Shown here piece by piece: positions 43,301 to 50,200 of a DNA stretch of 64,000 nucleotides. The notes below the pieces were generated by a model. It worked only from the letters and a program-made list of their open reading frames with translations, was not told the DNA's origin and ran no database searches. The stretch spans positions 448,001-512,000 of the forward strand of contig CAWJRG010000009.1 of NCBI GenBank assembly GCA_963845185.1, given 5' to 3'. Each line of letters starts with the position of its first letter. The first letter of the stretch is position 1. The translations under genes were made by a program, and so were the position numbers. Origin of the DNA: an uncultured bacterium (GTDB taxonomy: Bacteria > Oederibacteriota > PGYV01 > CAWJRG01).

Positions 43301-46300
43301 TTCGCAAAAGGCACGTATTATGACGGGAACAGGTTTGAAAGCGATATTGACACGAGCAGCGGTAACTGGAGATACTTCGTAACATATGAGGGCGGGCAGG
43401 TTACATCCGACGTATGGGACGCTGGCACACAGGACAGCACGTGGCACCATGTCATAATAAGCTGGGACGGCGCGAATTTCAACGGGTACTGGGACGGGAC
43501 ACATTATATAGTAAATGTGCCGTCAGGGAACCCGTTCGTGACAGGGGATACTACGCTATGGAAGTGGGCAACAGGAGACGCGTCTTTTGTGGGCGGGAAC
43601 CTGGCATTTAACGGCTACATATCAGAAATAACAATATCAAATATAGACAGGAATGGAGCGGCTAACGTGCCGATATGCACGTACCCGACATGGACATATA
43701 CGCAGACAGTAACACCTACATACACAATAACTTCAACAGTGACATCGACAGTAACGAGCACGGTAACAGTGACAAGCACACCCATACTGTCGCTGATTGT
43801 AAATGTTGATTCAGACGAAGACGGCATGCCGGGAAGCGTAACTCCGGGAGACAATACTTTAAGGCAGTGCATAAACGAAGCAAACATCCTTGCCGGGCCC
43901 ATAACAATAACCTTTGACCCAATTATAGCGAACACGACAATAAACATCGGGTCTGATTTGCCGGTTATCTACAACACAAACATTACACTGACTATTGACG
44001 GAGGCAGCAGCGGCATTGTCGTAAACGGCAACAGCAACAGGATATTCAGCATAATCTCAAGCAACAATATAATAGATAACCTTGCAATAGTAGGCGGATA
44101 CTGGGGCGTGTTGATAAGCGGCCAGTCAGGCGCAACCGGAAACATGATATTCGGCTGCAATATCGGCGTTGACTGGAAAAATAATGCCGTGGCAAACCAG
44201 TACGGAGTTGTGCTGGAAAACGGCGCCAGTGAAAACTATATAGGCATGAACAGCGGCTCGGGAATAGCATACGGCAATATTATATCCGGCAACACATACG
44301 ACGGAGTGTATATTGACGGCTCCAGCAATAACTGGGTTGTAAATAACTTCATAGGCACGGATTCTACAGGCATGACAGCCATTCCAAACGGGTATGACGG
44401 AGTGCACCTTGCTGACAGCGCGTACAACAATACAGTCGGATATTATGACCAAACACTCGGGAATATGGGCAACGTAATATCAGGGAACATGGACGACGGA
44501 ATTTATATTGAGAACGGCTCTGAAAATACCGGGGTGTTCGCGAATGTCATAGGCGGAAACGCAGGCGTACTGGTAGGGAACAGCGCCACGGCAGGACAGC
44601 TGGCAAACGGGTATAACGGAGTTGAAATCAGCCAGGTGGACGCCGAAGGCGACGGCGCTGATTACACAGGCATAGGAAATTATAACCCGGACACCGGGCT
44701 GTACGACCAGCCGGGCAACACGATAATGGCCAATACCAGCACAGGCATATATATTTCAAATTATTCGTCAATGGTTTTTGCAGGAAGCAACTCGATAGGC
44801 GTAATTTTCGGAAACACGGCAGCAGGCAACGGCTCGGCCGGAATAGCAATCGACAGCAACGCTTATGATAACTACATACAGTCAAACCTGATAAGCGGGC
44901 AGGGCAATACTGGCGCAGTCGGTATCGGGATTAGCGGCACAAACGGCTACATATACCAGAATATCATAGGGCTCGACTCGTCAATGAGCACAGAGGTGCC
45001 GAATTTTGCAGGTATATACCTTAACGGCGCGAGTTATGTGCAGATAGGCCAGCAGGGCAACGCGGCGTCGGCAAATATAATATCAGGCAACACGACACAG
45101 GGCATTTTACTTGACAACGGGACGGTTTACACCGGGATATACGGCAATTACATAGGTACGGATTCAAATTATGACAATTTCGGCAATGCGCAGGAAGGCA
45201 TAGCAATAATAAACGGCTCGTCCAACAACCAGATAGGCGGCGGCCTGGGCTCGGGCGACGAGAACTATATACTGGACAACCTTACGGGCGGAGTAATTAT
45301 AGGCGCAAGCCCGCTGGACACCGCGGCAGTTGGCAATATGGTGGACTCGAATTATATCTCGAATAATAACGGCCTTGGCATAGACCTTGGCAACGACGGC
45401 ATAACGGTAAACGGCAGCGAACCTGCATCCGGGCCAAATAACTTTGTATATTACCCGGCAATCAACAACGCGCAGATGACAGGACCTGCAACCCTGCATG
45501 TTGACGGCGACACGAATATCACGGACGGCTCGGATATAGGAGTCATCATAGGCATATCAGACAATGACGGCCAGCAGGGCCACGGCGAGTGCATGCATCC
45601 TATTGCATATGTGGACATGACGGCCAATGGAGGCGGAGGGGCGTTCAGCGCTGACATAGACACGAGCGCGATCGGCGATTTATCAGGCCTGACGATTACA
45701 AGCTACAACATTAACAACAGCGGCTCGTCTGAATTCTCGGCAAACGCGGTAGTGCTGGCAATACAGCCGAGCGCAACGAGCACAATAACTGAAACACTTA
45801 CGCCGACTCTGACCATAACAATAACATTAACATCAACATCTACAGAAATAGACACGTCAACCAATACGCCGGTGAACACGGCTACAGCTACGCCTACAGA
45901 GTATGATTCGGCGACAATGACAGTAACAATGACAGCGACATCAACGGAAATAGACACGTCAACCAACACGCCGGTTAATACGGCAACAGCTACGCTGACC
46001 GAGTTTGATTCAGCCACGGTTACATATACAATGACATCGACATCAACCGAAATAGACACGTCAACCAACACGCCGGTTGACACAGCAACAGCTACTCCTA
46101 CAGAGTATGATTCGGCGACAATGACAGTAACAGAGACATGCACCATTGGCGCGACGCCAATGGTGCCTGCAGGCCTGTCAGTGACACAAAGCGGCGCGAA
46201 CACCACGCTCCAGTGGGGCACTGCAGGAGACGCGGTTTCATATAATATTTATATTGCCACAGGCGCAGCTGGCAAGTTCAACACGTTCCCTGGCGCAGGA

Positions 46301-47071
46301 TGGACGCTGCTGGCAAATGTGGCGCCGACAGCAGGGACAACGTCATATACCTACGCGGACGCGTCAGGCAATACATATATATTCTACCTTGTGACAGCGC
46401 AAAACAGCGCAGGCGAGGGCAAGCCTTCGGCCATGGGCGCGAAAGTAATAATGCAGTTTAATTATGTGGCAGGCACGACAAACACATACAGGGTATCGCT
46501 GCCGTATGTCTCCAAGTACACAAAGGCATCGGACATAGTGACTGACATAGAGGGGTCATTAAGCACAGACGCAAAAATCAACAGGATTGCGTTATGGGAT
46601 CATATTAACCAGGTATATAACCCGTACTCATATAAAATGGGCACATGGATAGGGACAAACTGGGCAGTTGACGCAGGCACGCCGTCATCCAACGCGTTTG
46701 CCGCGTACACCATGTCAAGTTTCGCATGGACAGTGGCAGGGACAGACACAAGCGCAGGGCTTGGGTTCACGTACAATGGCGCCATGACCAACGGCAATGT
46801 AAGGATGCTGCCGTACACAGGGATTTACACCAAGGCCTCGGACATAGTGACTGACATTGAAGGCGGCACAGGGCCGGGGACAAACACAAAAATCAACAGG
46901 ATAGCGGTATGGGACAGCGTAAACCAGATTTATGTGCCGTATTCATACAAGGCGTCAATGAACGGATGGGTCGGGACAGATTCGCAGATACTGCCGGGCA
47001 TGGCAGTGGACATATATTTAAGCGGGAACACAGGGGTATTTACATGGACCCCGAAAATGGTAACACCATAA
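28307..47071 (+). CDS. Giant secreted surface protein B (~6,250 aa): signal peptide, N-terminal domain, three beta-helix domains, octapeptide TxT repeat tracts, two LamG-like domains, Fn3-like and duplicated terminal domain
   Basis: Single 18.8-kb open frame; TTG 28307 follows SD AGGAGG (ORF track starts at 28283); signal peptide ...FLPLHIFA; NTLRQCIN beta-helix modules at ~30000, 37360 and 43790. Confidence 0.85.
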   Translation: MSLTTDLTLIKSRAKNKKGKITGIITFAIIIFLSFLPLHIFAAITEGGQASGTGTGTVNIGYTVSTNDNRILIVSVGVMNGSAGDHINTVTYNGTALTFLNRIVSNATLAGIDGEIWYMLNPPSGGPYNVIVTDLVVTGGPRIVAGVTEYDGVVGIGNNAFKNTNAITNTLTDTLAIQYAGDLITGIFSMRNGTTPITFTTPAGNNLEWNITSAAGFIAGSEYDIDEANPGTYSTIYTSSNVTNWCVAGEVELLNPTPTPTWTPTNTPTWTPTNTPNLTQTEAATETQVAETATEQAQETETAAMQQTQTEMANETATAAVQQTQTEVVQETATAAVQQTQTEAANETATAIIQVTQTEIAQETATAAVQQTQTEVAQETVTAAVQQTQTEAANETATAIIQVTQTEIANETATAAVQQTQTEEANETATAAVQQTQTEVAQEIATAAIQQTQTEVAQETAIAAVQQTQTEVAQETAIAAVQQTQTEIAQETATAAAVATQTEVAQETATVAVQQTQTEVAQETATAAVQQTQTEVVQETATAAVQQTQTAVVQATETAVAGPLIVNSDADDDGMPGSVTPGANTLRQCINAANTRTGPVTIYFDQSISNTVINLKASLPYISSPNITIDGQGNSITVNGNSYDIFSITSNNDNIFNLAIVGGYNGVDISGYNGGVYSNIISGCRIGIDWNNNISWPNFNGAVIEGGASENQIGMRTAGTAYGNIISNNTSDGVLIDASDNNWVLNNFIGTDSTGMIAMPNRLNGVHVRYVSYNNSIGYYDPGTGNMGNIISGNSNDGILISEYSFNTGVFANVIGGNAGVLTGDSGSAGTLPNGYNGVEISQSDSVSNAEDYTGIGGFDPDTDLYDQPGNTIIANSSSGIHITDSSSLVYAGNNSIGIMFGNMSAGNGETGIAIDGGAYDNYINSNLISGQTNENAVGIEINGSNDYVTSNIIGLDASASNPVPNFEGVYLLNASGIQVGEQGNTAAANVIAGNMTQGILLDGGDSNGIYCNYIGTDSNRDFGLGNSVGIAFINGATENEMGSNVGSGDENYILYNTVKGIQVGSSASDIGTMFNYINSNYISGNNGLGIDLGNDGITVNGSETPPGPNNWTYYPIIANAYMSGPNTLHVDGDTNITDGYNMGVIIGISDKDGQQGHGECPQPIAYVAVTGGAFSADIDTSAFGDLTGMAITSYNIHINGSSEFSANTTVLAPQATQTAAVQQTQTEVANETSTAIVVATQTAAVQQTQTEVANETATAAVQQTQTEVANETATAIVVATQTAAVQQTQTEVANETATAIVVATQTAAVQQTQTEVANETATAIVVATQTAAVQQTQTEVAQETATAAVQQTQTEVANETATAIVVATQTAAVQQTQTEVANETATAIEVATQTAAVQQTQTEVANETATAIVVATQTAAVQQTQTEVANETATAIVVATQTAAVQQTQTEVANETATAIVVATQTAAVQQTQTEVANETATAIVVATQTAAVQQTQTEIANETATAIVVATQTAAMQQTQTEIANETATAIVVETSTAAVQQTQTEVANETSTAIVVATQTAAVQQTQTEVANETATAIVVATQTAAVQQTQTEVAQETATAAVQQTQTEIANETATAIVVATQTAAVQQTQTEVANETATAIEVATQTAAVQQTQTEVANETATAIVVATQTAAVQQTQTEIANETATAIVVATQTAAVQQTQTEVANETATAIVVATQTAAVQQTQTEVANETATAIVVATQTAAVQQTQTEVANETATAIVVATQTAAVQQTQTEVANETATAIVVETSTAAVQQTQTEVANETSTAIVVATQTAAVQQTQTEVANETATAIVVATQTAAVQQTQTEVANETATAIVVATQTAAVQQTQTEVANETATAIVVATQTAAVQQTQTEVANETATAIVVATQTAAVQQTQTEIANETATAIVVATQTAAVQQTQTEVANETATAAVQQTQTEVANETATAIVVATQTAAVQQTQTEVANETATAIVVATQTAAIQQTETEVANETATAIVVATQTAAVQQTQTEVANETATAIVVATQTAAVQQTQTEVANETATAIVVATQTAAVQQTQTEVANETATAIVVETQTAAVQQTQTEIANETATAIVVATQTAAVQQTQTEVANETATAIVVETSTAAVQQTQTEVANETATAIVVATQTAAVQQTQTEVANETATAIVVATQTAAVQQTQTEVANETATAIVVATQTAAVQQTQTEIANETATAIVVETSTAAVQQTQTEVANETATAIVVETQTAAVQQTQTEIANETATAIVVATQTAAIQQTETEVANETATAIVVETSTAAVQQTQTEIANETATAIVVETQTAAVQQTQTEVANETATAIVVATQTAAVQQTQTEVANETATAIVVATQTAAVQQTQTEVANETATAIVVETSTAAVQQTQTEVANETATAIVVATQTAAIQQTQTEIANETATAIVVATQTAAVQQTQTEVANETATAAVQQTQTEVANETATAIVVATQTAAIQQTETEVANETATAIVVATQTAAIQQTETEVANETATAIVVATQTAAVQQTQTEVANETATAIVVETQTAAVQQTQTEVANETATAIVVETSTAAVQQTQTEIANETATAIVVETSTAAVQQTQTEIANETATAIVVATQTAAVQQTQTEVANETATAIVVETSTAAVQQTQTEIANETATAIVVETSTAAVQQTQTEVANETATAIVVATQTAAVQQTQTEIANETATAIVVATQTAAIQQTETEVANETATAIVVATQTAAVQQTQTEIANETATAIVVATQTAAVQQTQTEIANETATAIVVETSTAAVQQTQTEIANETATAIVVETQTAAVQQTQTEVANETATAIVVETSTAAVQQTQTEVANETATAIVVETQTAAVQQTQTEIANETATAIVVATQTAAVQQTETEVANETATAIVVETSTAAVQQTQTEIANETATAIVVATQTAAVQQTQTEIANETATAIVVATQTAAVQQTQTELVQETQTAIIQATQTAIVQATQTALAGPLIVNVDADDDGLPGSVTPGANTLRQCINEANTRTGPVSISFDTIIAGTTITLTTGDLPLISNANITLTIDGGNNNITINGNGNNIFNITSNNNVIYNLAMINGIQGVLISGTGAYSNIISECRIGVDWNNNAGANTNGVVINNGADENQIGMYVLGMAYGNIISNNTNDGVLIDGANVNWVLNNFIGTDPTGMSPMPNGANGVHLTNGAFNNTIGYYDPSTGNMGNLISGNGYDGILIENGAEDTGVFTNIIGGNVGVSTENIGSAGTLPNGYNGIEISGVDAEDDGADYTGIGNYDPDTMAYDQPGNTIVANANSGIYATNNSSWVYTGGNSIGVMFGNMAAGNVQAGISIDSNSYDNYINSNLISGQSSENAVGIEINSSTGCNIYSNIIGLDAPASVPVPNFEGIYLLNASNVQVGQQGNTAAANIIAANMTQGILFDGGSSNGIYGNYIGTDLYLDSGLGNSEGIAFIDGTTNNEVGGGVGSGDENYILYNTVKGIQIGSSASDIGTMFNYINSNYISGNNGLGIDLGNDSITVNGSETPPGPNNWTYYPTIANAYMSGPNTLHIDGDTNITDGNNMGVVIGISDNDGQLGSDNMNHGESPQPLAYVAVTGGTFSVDIDTSAFGDLSGMAITSYNIHNNGSSEFSANMTILSAPVATQTEVANETATAIVQATQTAVVQATQTAVVAGTQTAVVVATQTEVANETATAIIQATQTAAVQQTQTEVANETATAIVVATQTAAIQQTQTEIANETATAIVVATQTAAVQQTQTEVANETATAAVQQTQTEVANETATAIVVATQTAAVQQTQTEVANETATAIVVATQTAAVQQTQTEIANETSTIVAQATQTAAVQQTQTEVANETATAIVVATQTAAIQQTQTEIANETATAIVVATQTAAVQQTQTEVANETATAAVQQTQTEVANETATAIVVATQTAAVQQTQTEVANETATAIVVATQTAAVQQTQTEIANETSTIVAQATQTAAVQQTQTEVANETATAIVVATQTAAIQQTQTEIANETATAIVVATQTAAVQQTQTEVANETATAAVQQTQTEVANETATAAAQQTQTEVANETATAIVVATQTAAVQQTQTEIANETATAIVVATQTAAVQQTQTEIANETATAIVVATQTAAVQQTQTEVANETATAIVVATQTAAVQQTQTEVANETATAIVVATQTAAVQQTQTEVANETSTAIVVATQTAAVQQTQTEVANETATAIVVATQTAAVQQTQTEVANETSTAIVVATQTAAVQQTQTEVANETATAIVVATQTAAVQQTQTEVANETATAAVQQTQTEVANETATAIVVATQTAAVQQTQTEVANETATAIVVATQTAAVQQTETEVANETATAIVQATQTAAVQQTETEVANETATAIVVATQTAAVQQTQTEVANETATAIVVATQTAAVQQTETEVANETATAIVQATQTAAVQQTQTEVANETSTAIVVATQTAAVQQTQTEVANETATAIVIATNTEIANETATAIIQGTQTAVVQQTQTEIANETATEQSNETATQAAASPTITMTETVTLTITITPTYTITETITVSPTTTQTKTYIQSCWDSNTLHHWDCFNTSGGKLVDDLAGANAPITGTLAFSNTIVPPHAWAVGSCSAQSNVSNYFSLPINDEMAGMTAFQIDFDVYMQASADQFQGFFSKGTYYDGNRFESDMDTSTGNWRYFITGQGGQVMSDVWDAGTQDSTWHHVIISWDGTNFNGYWDGIHYIVNVPSGNPFVNGDTNTWNWAIADASFVGGNLTFKGYVSEIIISNKDRGGVANAPVCAYPTFTMTRTITPNVSATATPSITLTQTQVISATPTYTATGTETEFVSETTTYTATESPIASETPTYTITQTITVSPTTTQTKTYIQSCWDSHTLHHWNCYNTSGGALVDDIAGANATIAGTLAFSSGILPPHSWAVGSCSAQSNVNNYFSLPVNDEMAGMTAFQIDFDVYMQASADQFQAFFAKGTYYDGNRFESDIDTSSGNWRYFVTYEGGQVTSDVWDAGTQDSTWHHVIISWDGANFNGYWDGTHYIVNVPSGNPFVTGDTTLWKWATGDASFVGGNLAFNGYISEITISNIDRNGAANVPICTYPTWTYTQTVTPTYTITSTVTSTVTSTVTVTSTPILSLIVNVDSDEDGMPGSVTPGDNTLRQCINEANILAGPITITFDPIIANTTINIGSDLPVIYNTNITLTIDGGSSGIVVNGNSNRIFSIISSNNIIDNLAIVGGYWGVLISGQSGATGNMIFGCNIGVDWKNNAVANQYGVVLENGASENYIGMNSGSGIAYGNIISGNTYDGVYIDGSSNNWVVNNFIGTDSTGMTAIPNGYDGVHLADSAYNNTVGYYDQTLGNMGNVISGNMDDGIYIENGSENTGVFANVIGGNAGVLVGNSATAGQLANGYNGVEISQVDAEGDGADYTGIGNYNPDTGLYDQPGNTIMANTSTGIYISNYSSMVFAGSNSIGVIFGNTAAGNGSAGIAIDSNAYDNYIQSNLISGQGNTGAVGIGISGTNGYIYQNIIGLDSSMSTEVPNFAGIYLNGASYVQIGQQGNAASANIISGNTTQGILLDNGTVYTGIYGNYIGTDSNYDNFGNAQEGIAIINGSSNNQIGGGLGSGDENYILDNLTGGVIIGASPLDTAAVGNMVDSNYISNNNGLGIDLGNDGITVNGSEPASGPNNFVYYPAINNAQMTGPATLHVDGDTNITDGSDIGVIIGISDNDGQQGHGECMHPIAYVDMTANGGGGAFSADIDTSAIGDLSGLTITSYNINNSGSSEFSANAVVLAIQPSATSTITETLTPTLTITITLTSTSTEIDTSTNTPVNTATATPTEYDSATMTVTMTATSTEIDTSTNTPVNTATATLTEFDSATVTYTMTSTSTEIDTSTNTPVDTATATPTEYDSATMTVTETCTIGATPMVPAGLSVTQSGANTTLQWGTAGDAVSYNIYIATGAAGKFNTFPGAGWTLLANVAPTAGTTSYTYADASGNTYIFYLVTAQNSAGEGKPSAMGAKVIMQFNYVAGTTNTYRVSLPYVSKYTKASDIVTDIEGSLSTDAKINRIALWDHINQVYNPYSYKMGTWIGTNWAVDAGTPSSNAFAAYTMSSFAWTVAGTDTSAGLGFTYNGAMTNGNVRMLPYTGIYTKASDIVTDIEGGTGPGTNTKINRIAVWDSVNQIYVPYSYKASMNGWVGTDSQILPGMAVDIYLSGNTGVFTWTPKMVTP
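29140..29990 (+). repeat. Coding tandem repeat, mainly 48-bp units (AQETATAA-VQQTQTEV)
   Basis: Directly visible in DNA and translation. Confidence 0.9.
31950..37345 (+). repeat. Coding tandem repeat, ~75 x 72-bp units (ANETATAI-VVATQTAA-VQQTQTEV)
   Basis: Directly visible; variation is mostly synonymous, plus V/I, ATQT/ETST/ETQT and occasional 48-bp units. Confidence 0.95.
39330..41970 (+). repeat. Coding tandem repeat of the same octad family, containing a 408-bp higher-order unit
   Basis: Identical variant string starts at 39533, 39941 and 40349. Confidence 0.9.
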
Positions 47072-47092
47072 CATGATAACGGAGAGATAATC

Positions 47093-48532
47093 ATGAAAAA
47101 AACATTATTATTTTTGCTTATTGCGGGAATGATTTCAGTAAGCTCGCTATACGCATCGGAATATTATCTGTACGGCGAGGTTTTTGACGCGTCGGGCAGC
47201 TCGGGCACAGCGGCTACGGCAAACAGCTTTGGCATGCTGCAGGCATACAGGCTTGGGATAGCCGGGCAGATAGGGCTGCAGAACGAGAACCCCGGGAACC
47301 AGATATACGCGGCAAACGGGACGTTGCCGGCGTATTATGACACTGACGTTGGAGACGCGCAGTGGACAACGCCGCCGGCAGTGGGGCAGATAGCGATATT
47401 GGTCATAGAAGTTTTCAGCCCGCTGTTCGGCTGGACAGGGGACAGCTACGTGGCATGCACGGAAACAGTCATATCGAGTGATGACGTGAATATCAACCAG
47501 GAAACAGATTTCAGCAACCTGGGACTCAAGGTAATACCGACTCCGGCGATAATATCGCAGGGCGCAAACCAGATAACAATAGGATTCACAGGCATAGACA
47601 TGGATTTAATTCAGAGCTACACGCTGTACAGGGGGACGACGCCTACGTTCACAACTGCCACGGCAACTGCAGTTGCGGTAATACCGCAGAACAGGAATAA
47701 CGCGATACAGTACACGGACAACACCGGGCTGGTGTACGGGACTACATATTATTACAAGATATTGGTAGATTTCACGTGGGGCGGGGGAGGCGGCGCGCCT
47801 GCGTATTACGAAACAAACGCGACGTCAGCGGCAAGCAGCCCTGCAGTAATGGCAACATACACACCCTCGGCCACTGCCACATTATTCATATCAGAAACGC
47901 CGACATACACTGCTACAGGCACGCCGACAATGACACAAACAACGTTCTTATCCGATACGCCGACATTTACCCTGACAATGACAGCGACATTATTTTTGTC
48001 TGAAACCCAGACATGCACGGCTACAGGGACGCCGACGTACACAGTTACCATGACTTATACAAACACGCCGGTGAATACAGCAACAGACACACCGGTGAAT
48101 ACAGCGACTAACACGCCAATAGATACGGCGACAGACACTTATACTGTTACAGCGACAGACACGGTGACATCAACCATTACACAGACGACAACCATAACGC
48201 TGACATCAACCATAACAAGCACGTTCACGGCGACACCGCTTGTAACCGATACGCCTACGCCGCCTGTAACGTCCGGGTCCATAGCATACCCGCAGCCTGC
48301 CGCGAATACAATCACATTTGCGTATAACCTTCCAACGCCGTCAAGCGTAAAGATATATGTGTACAACCTGATAGGAGTTGAGGTGGCAGTTTTTGAAGGT
48401 GCTCCGGGCAATAACCCTGCAACTGTAACATGCGACATAAGCAAATTCGCGCCGGGGATGTATTTCTACATAATAAAAGCGCCTGACATAGGCGTGAAGT
48501 TCGCAGTAAATAAATTTGAAGTGGAAAAATAG
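47093..48532 (+). CDS. Secreted protein with Fn3-like domain, Thr/Pro linker and C-terminal T9SS type A-like sorting domain (paralog of 12671-14755, lacking the LamG-like domain)
   Basis: First ~250 aa nearly identical to the 12671 product; ends YPQPA...YNLIG...PGMYFY...KFEVEK. Confidence 0.75.
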   Translation: MKKTLLFLLIAGMISVSSLYASEYYLYGEVFDASGSSGTAATANSFGMLQAYRLGIAGQIGLQNENPGNQIYAANGTLPAYYDTDVGDAQWTTPPAVGQIAILVIEVFSPLFGWTGDSYVACTETVISSDDVNINQETDFSNLGLKVIPTPAIISQGANQITIGFTGIDMDLIQSYTLYRGTTPTFTTATATAVAVIPQNRNNAIQYTDNTGLVYGTTYYYKILVDFTWGGGGGAPAYYETNATSAASSPAVMATYTPSATATLFISETPTYTATGTPTMTQTTFLSDTPTFTLTMTATLFLSETQTCTATGTPTYTVTMTYTNTPVNTATDTPVNTATNTPIDTATDTYTVTATDTVTSTITQTTTITLTSTITSTFTATPLVTDTPTPPVTSGSIAYPQPAANTITFAYNLPTPSSVKIYVYNLIGVEVAVFEGAPGNNPATVTCDISKFAPGMYFYIIKAPDIGVKFAVNKFEVEK

Positions 48533-48541
48533 GAGGCAGCC

Positions 48542-49798
48542 ATGAAAAAGACATTAATTGTAATTGCAATGACGGTTCTCGCGGCAGCTTCCTCTTTTGC
48601 CGCGGTAAATGACAGCGCTTCAATAATGTTCCCGATGCTTGACATGGGCGTGGGCGCGAGGGCGCTCGGAATGGGCGAGGCTTACACGGCCGTTGCCAGC
48701 GACGCCAGCGCCATATACTGGAACGCGGCCGGGCTTGGGAACCTGAAGAACATACAGCTGGGGCTTACGTACGACAAGTGGTTTATGGATACCTACTTCA
48801 GCCAGATATTATTTGCATGCCCGCTTCCCCAGGGCACAATAGGCGCGGACATTGTTTACCTGAGCCTTGGCTCGCTGCAGGGCAGGGACAGCTCAGGAGC
48901 AACTACCAGGGACTATAACCCTTATAACATGGGAGGCAGCCTGGCATACGGCGTCAACCTGGGCGATGTTTCAGCCGGATTGACCCTGGAAATGCTGAGC
49001 CAGTCCACGGGGACGCTTACCAGCATGGGCCTGGGAGCGAATGCAGGCGTTTTATACACAAAAGGCATTTTTTCAGCCGGGCTTAATATCCAGAATATAG
49101 GTAACTCGAGCAGCGGAAGCGGATACACCCTGCCGACTAATATAAGGGCAGGCGTTGCCCTGAAACTGCTGGATACAACCCAGAACAGCCTGCTTGCCGC
49201 GCTTGACACGCAGTATCTTTTCAATGACGCAGATTATATGAGCCTGGGCGCGGAATATGTTTATGACCAGACGCTTGCGCTGAGGGTCGGATACAAAATG
49301 GGGCTCAAGCAGACAGACCTTGAAGGCATGATAGGGATAAGCGGTGGCGTAGGGTTAAAACTGGCAAATCTGAGCATCGATTACGCGATAGTACCGTACG
49401 GGGACCTTGGCACAACCCAGTGGATGATGCTGACATACGCTTTCGGCAACCAGCCGGCAGCAAAGCCGGCAGAGACAGCTGCGCCGGAAAAGGCAAAGCA
49501 AACAGCAAATATTGCCCCTGCGGGGTATAATAATAAAGTTGACCTCCTCAGCGAGGGCATGAAACTTGAAAAACAGGGCAAGATTAAAACGGCAATGCTC
49601 AAGTACAGCCAGGCAGTTACAGTTGACGGCAAAAACGCAGAAGCATGGAAGCGCCTCGGATATTTATATAAAAGCCAGGGGGACAAAGCCAATGCCGTCG
49701 CATGCCTTGAGACCTATTTAAAGCTCAAACCTACGGACAAGAAAACAGCGGCAATGCTGAAAAAATACAAAAAACAAAAAGCCAAGGCGGCAAAATAG
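48542..49798 (+). CDS. PorV/PorQ (UPF0164)-family outer-membrane barrel with C-terminal TPR domain (paralog of 14766-16016)
   Basis: GVGARALGMGEAYTAVASDASAIYWNAAGL signature; TPR AWKRLGYLY...YLKLKP. Confidence 0.85.
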   Translation: MKKTLIVIAMTVLAAASSFAAVNDSASIMFPMLDMGVGARALGMGEAYTAVASDASAIYWNAAGLGNLKNIQLGLTYDKWFMDTYFSQILFACPLPQGTIGADIVYLSLGSLQGRDSSGATTRDYNPYNMGGSLAYGVNLGDVSAGLTLEMLSQSTGTLTSMGLGANAGVLYTKGIFSAGLNIQNIGNSSSGSGYTLPTNIRAGVALKLLDTTQNSLLAALDTQYLFNDADYMSLGAEYVYDQTLALRVGYKMGLKQTDLEGMIGISGGVGLKLANLSIDYAIVPYGDLGTTQWMMLTYAFGNQPAAKPAETAAPEKAKQTANIAPAGYNNKVDLLSEGMKLEKQGKIKTAMLKYSQAVTVDGKNAEAWKRLGYLYKSQGDKANAVACLETYLKLKPTDKKTAAMLKKYKKQKAKAAK

Positions 49799-49873
49799 CT
49801 TATTTAATCCCACACGGGAAATTTTTCTTCATAATTTTTTTCATGCCAACCACGATGATTACACAAAACCTGT

Positions 49874-49901
49874 TTGAATTTAAAACCCGTTGTGCTATCA
49901 T
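49874..49901 (+). promoter_or_regulatory. Possible sigma70-type promoter for the methionine synthase genes
   Basis: TTGAAT-N16-TATCAT with extended -10 TG. Confidence 0.4.
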
Positions 49902-49910
49902 TATTTAAAC

Positions 49911-50200
49911 CCTGACGAATCCACAGACTTTAGCCGGTTGTCGGGCGAATGTCCTGTACACTTTGTTGACCACTAACAAAGTTGGTAGTCTCCTCTCCCT
50001 CGACGGGAGAGGAAAAAGGAGAGGGTGAAGCAGCAGCAATAACTATTTAAATTAAGATAAAAGATAGAATGCGAAATAAGGGAAAGAGGTTTTGAATTCT
50101 AGCGTTGGCGTGAAGTAACATTGAATCAGCTGCTACCTCACCCTCATCCCGGCCTTCCCCCGTCGAGGGGGAAGGGGAAGTTTTTGAATCCTCCGATGAA
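49911..50200. mobile_element. MITE/REPIN-like element, copy 1 (right end displaced to 51831-51855 by the IS)
   Basis: Colinear with 52526-52841; contains an inverted pair of REP-like dyads (from 49992 and 50136); imperfect terminal inverted repeats. Confidence 0.6.
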
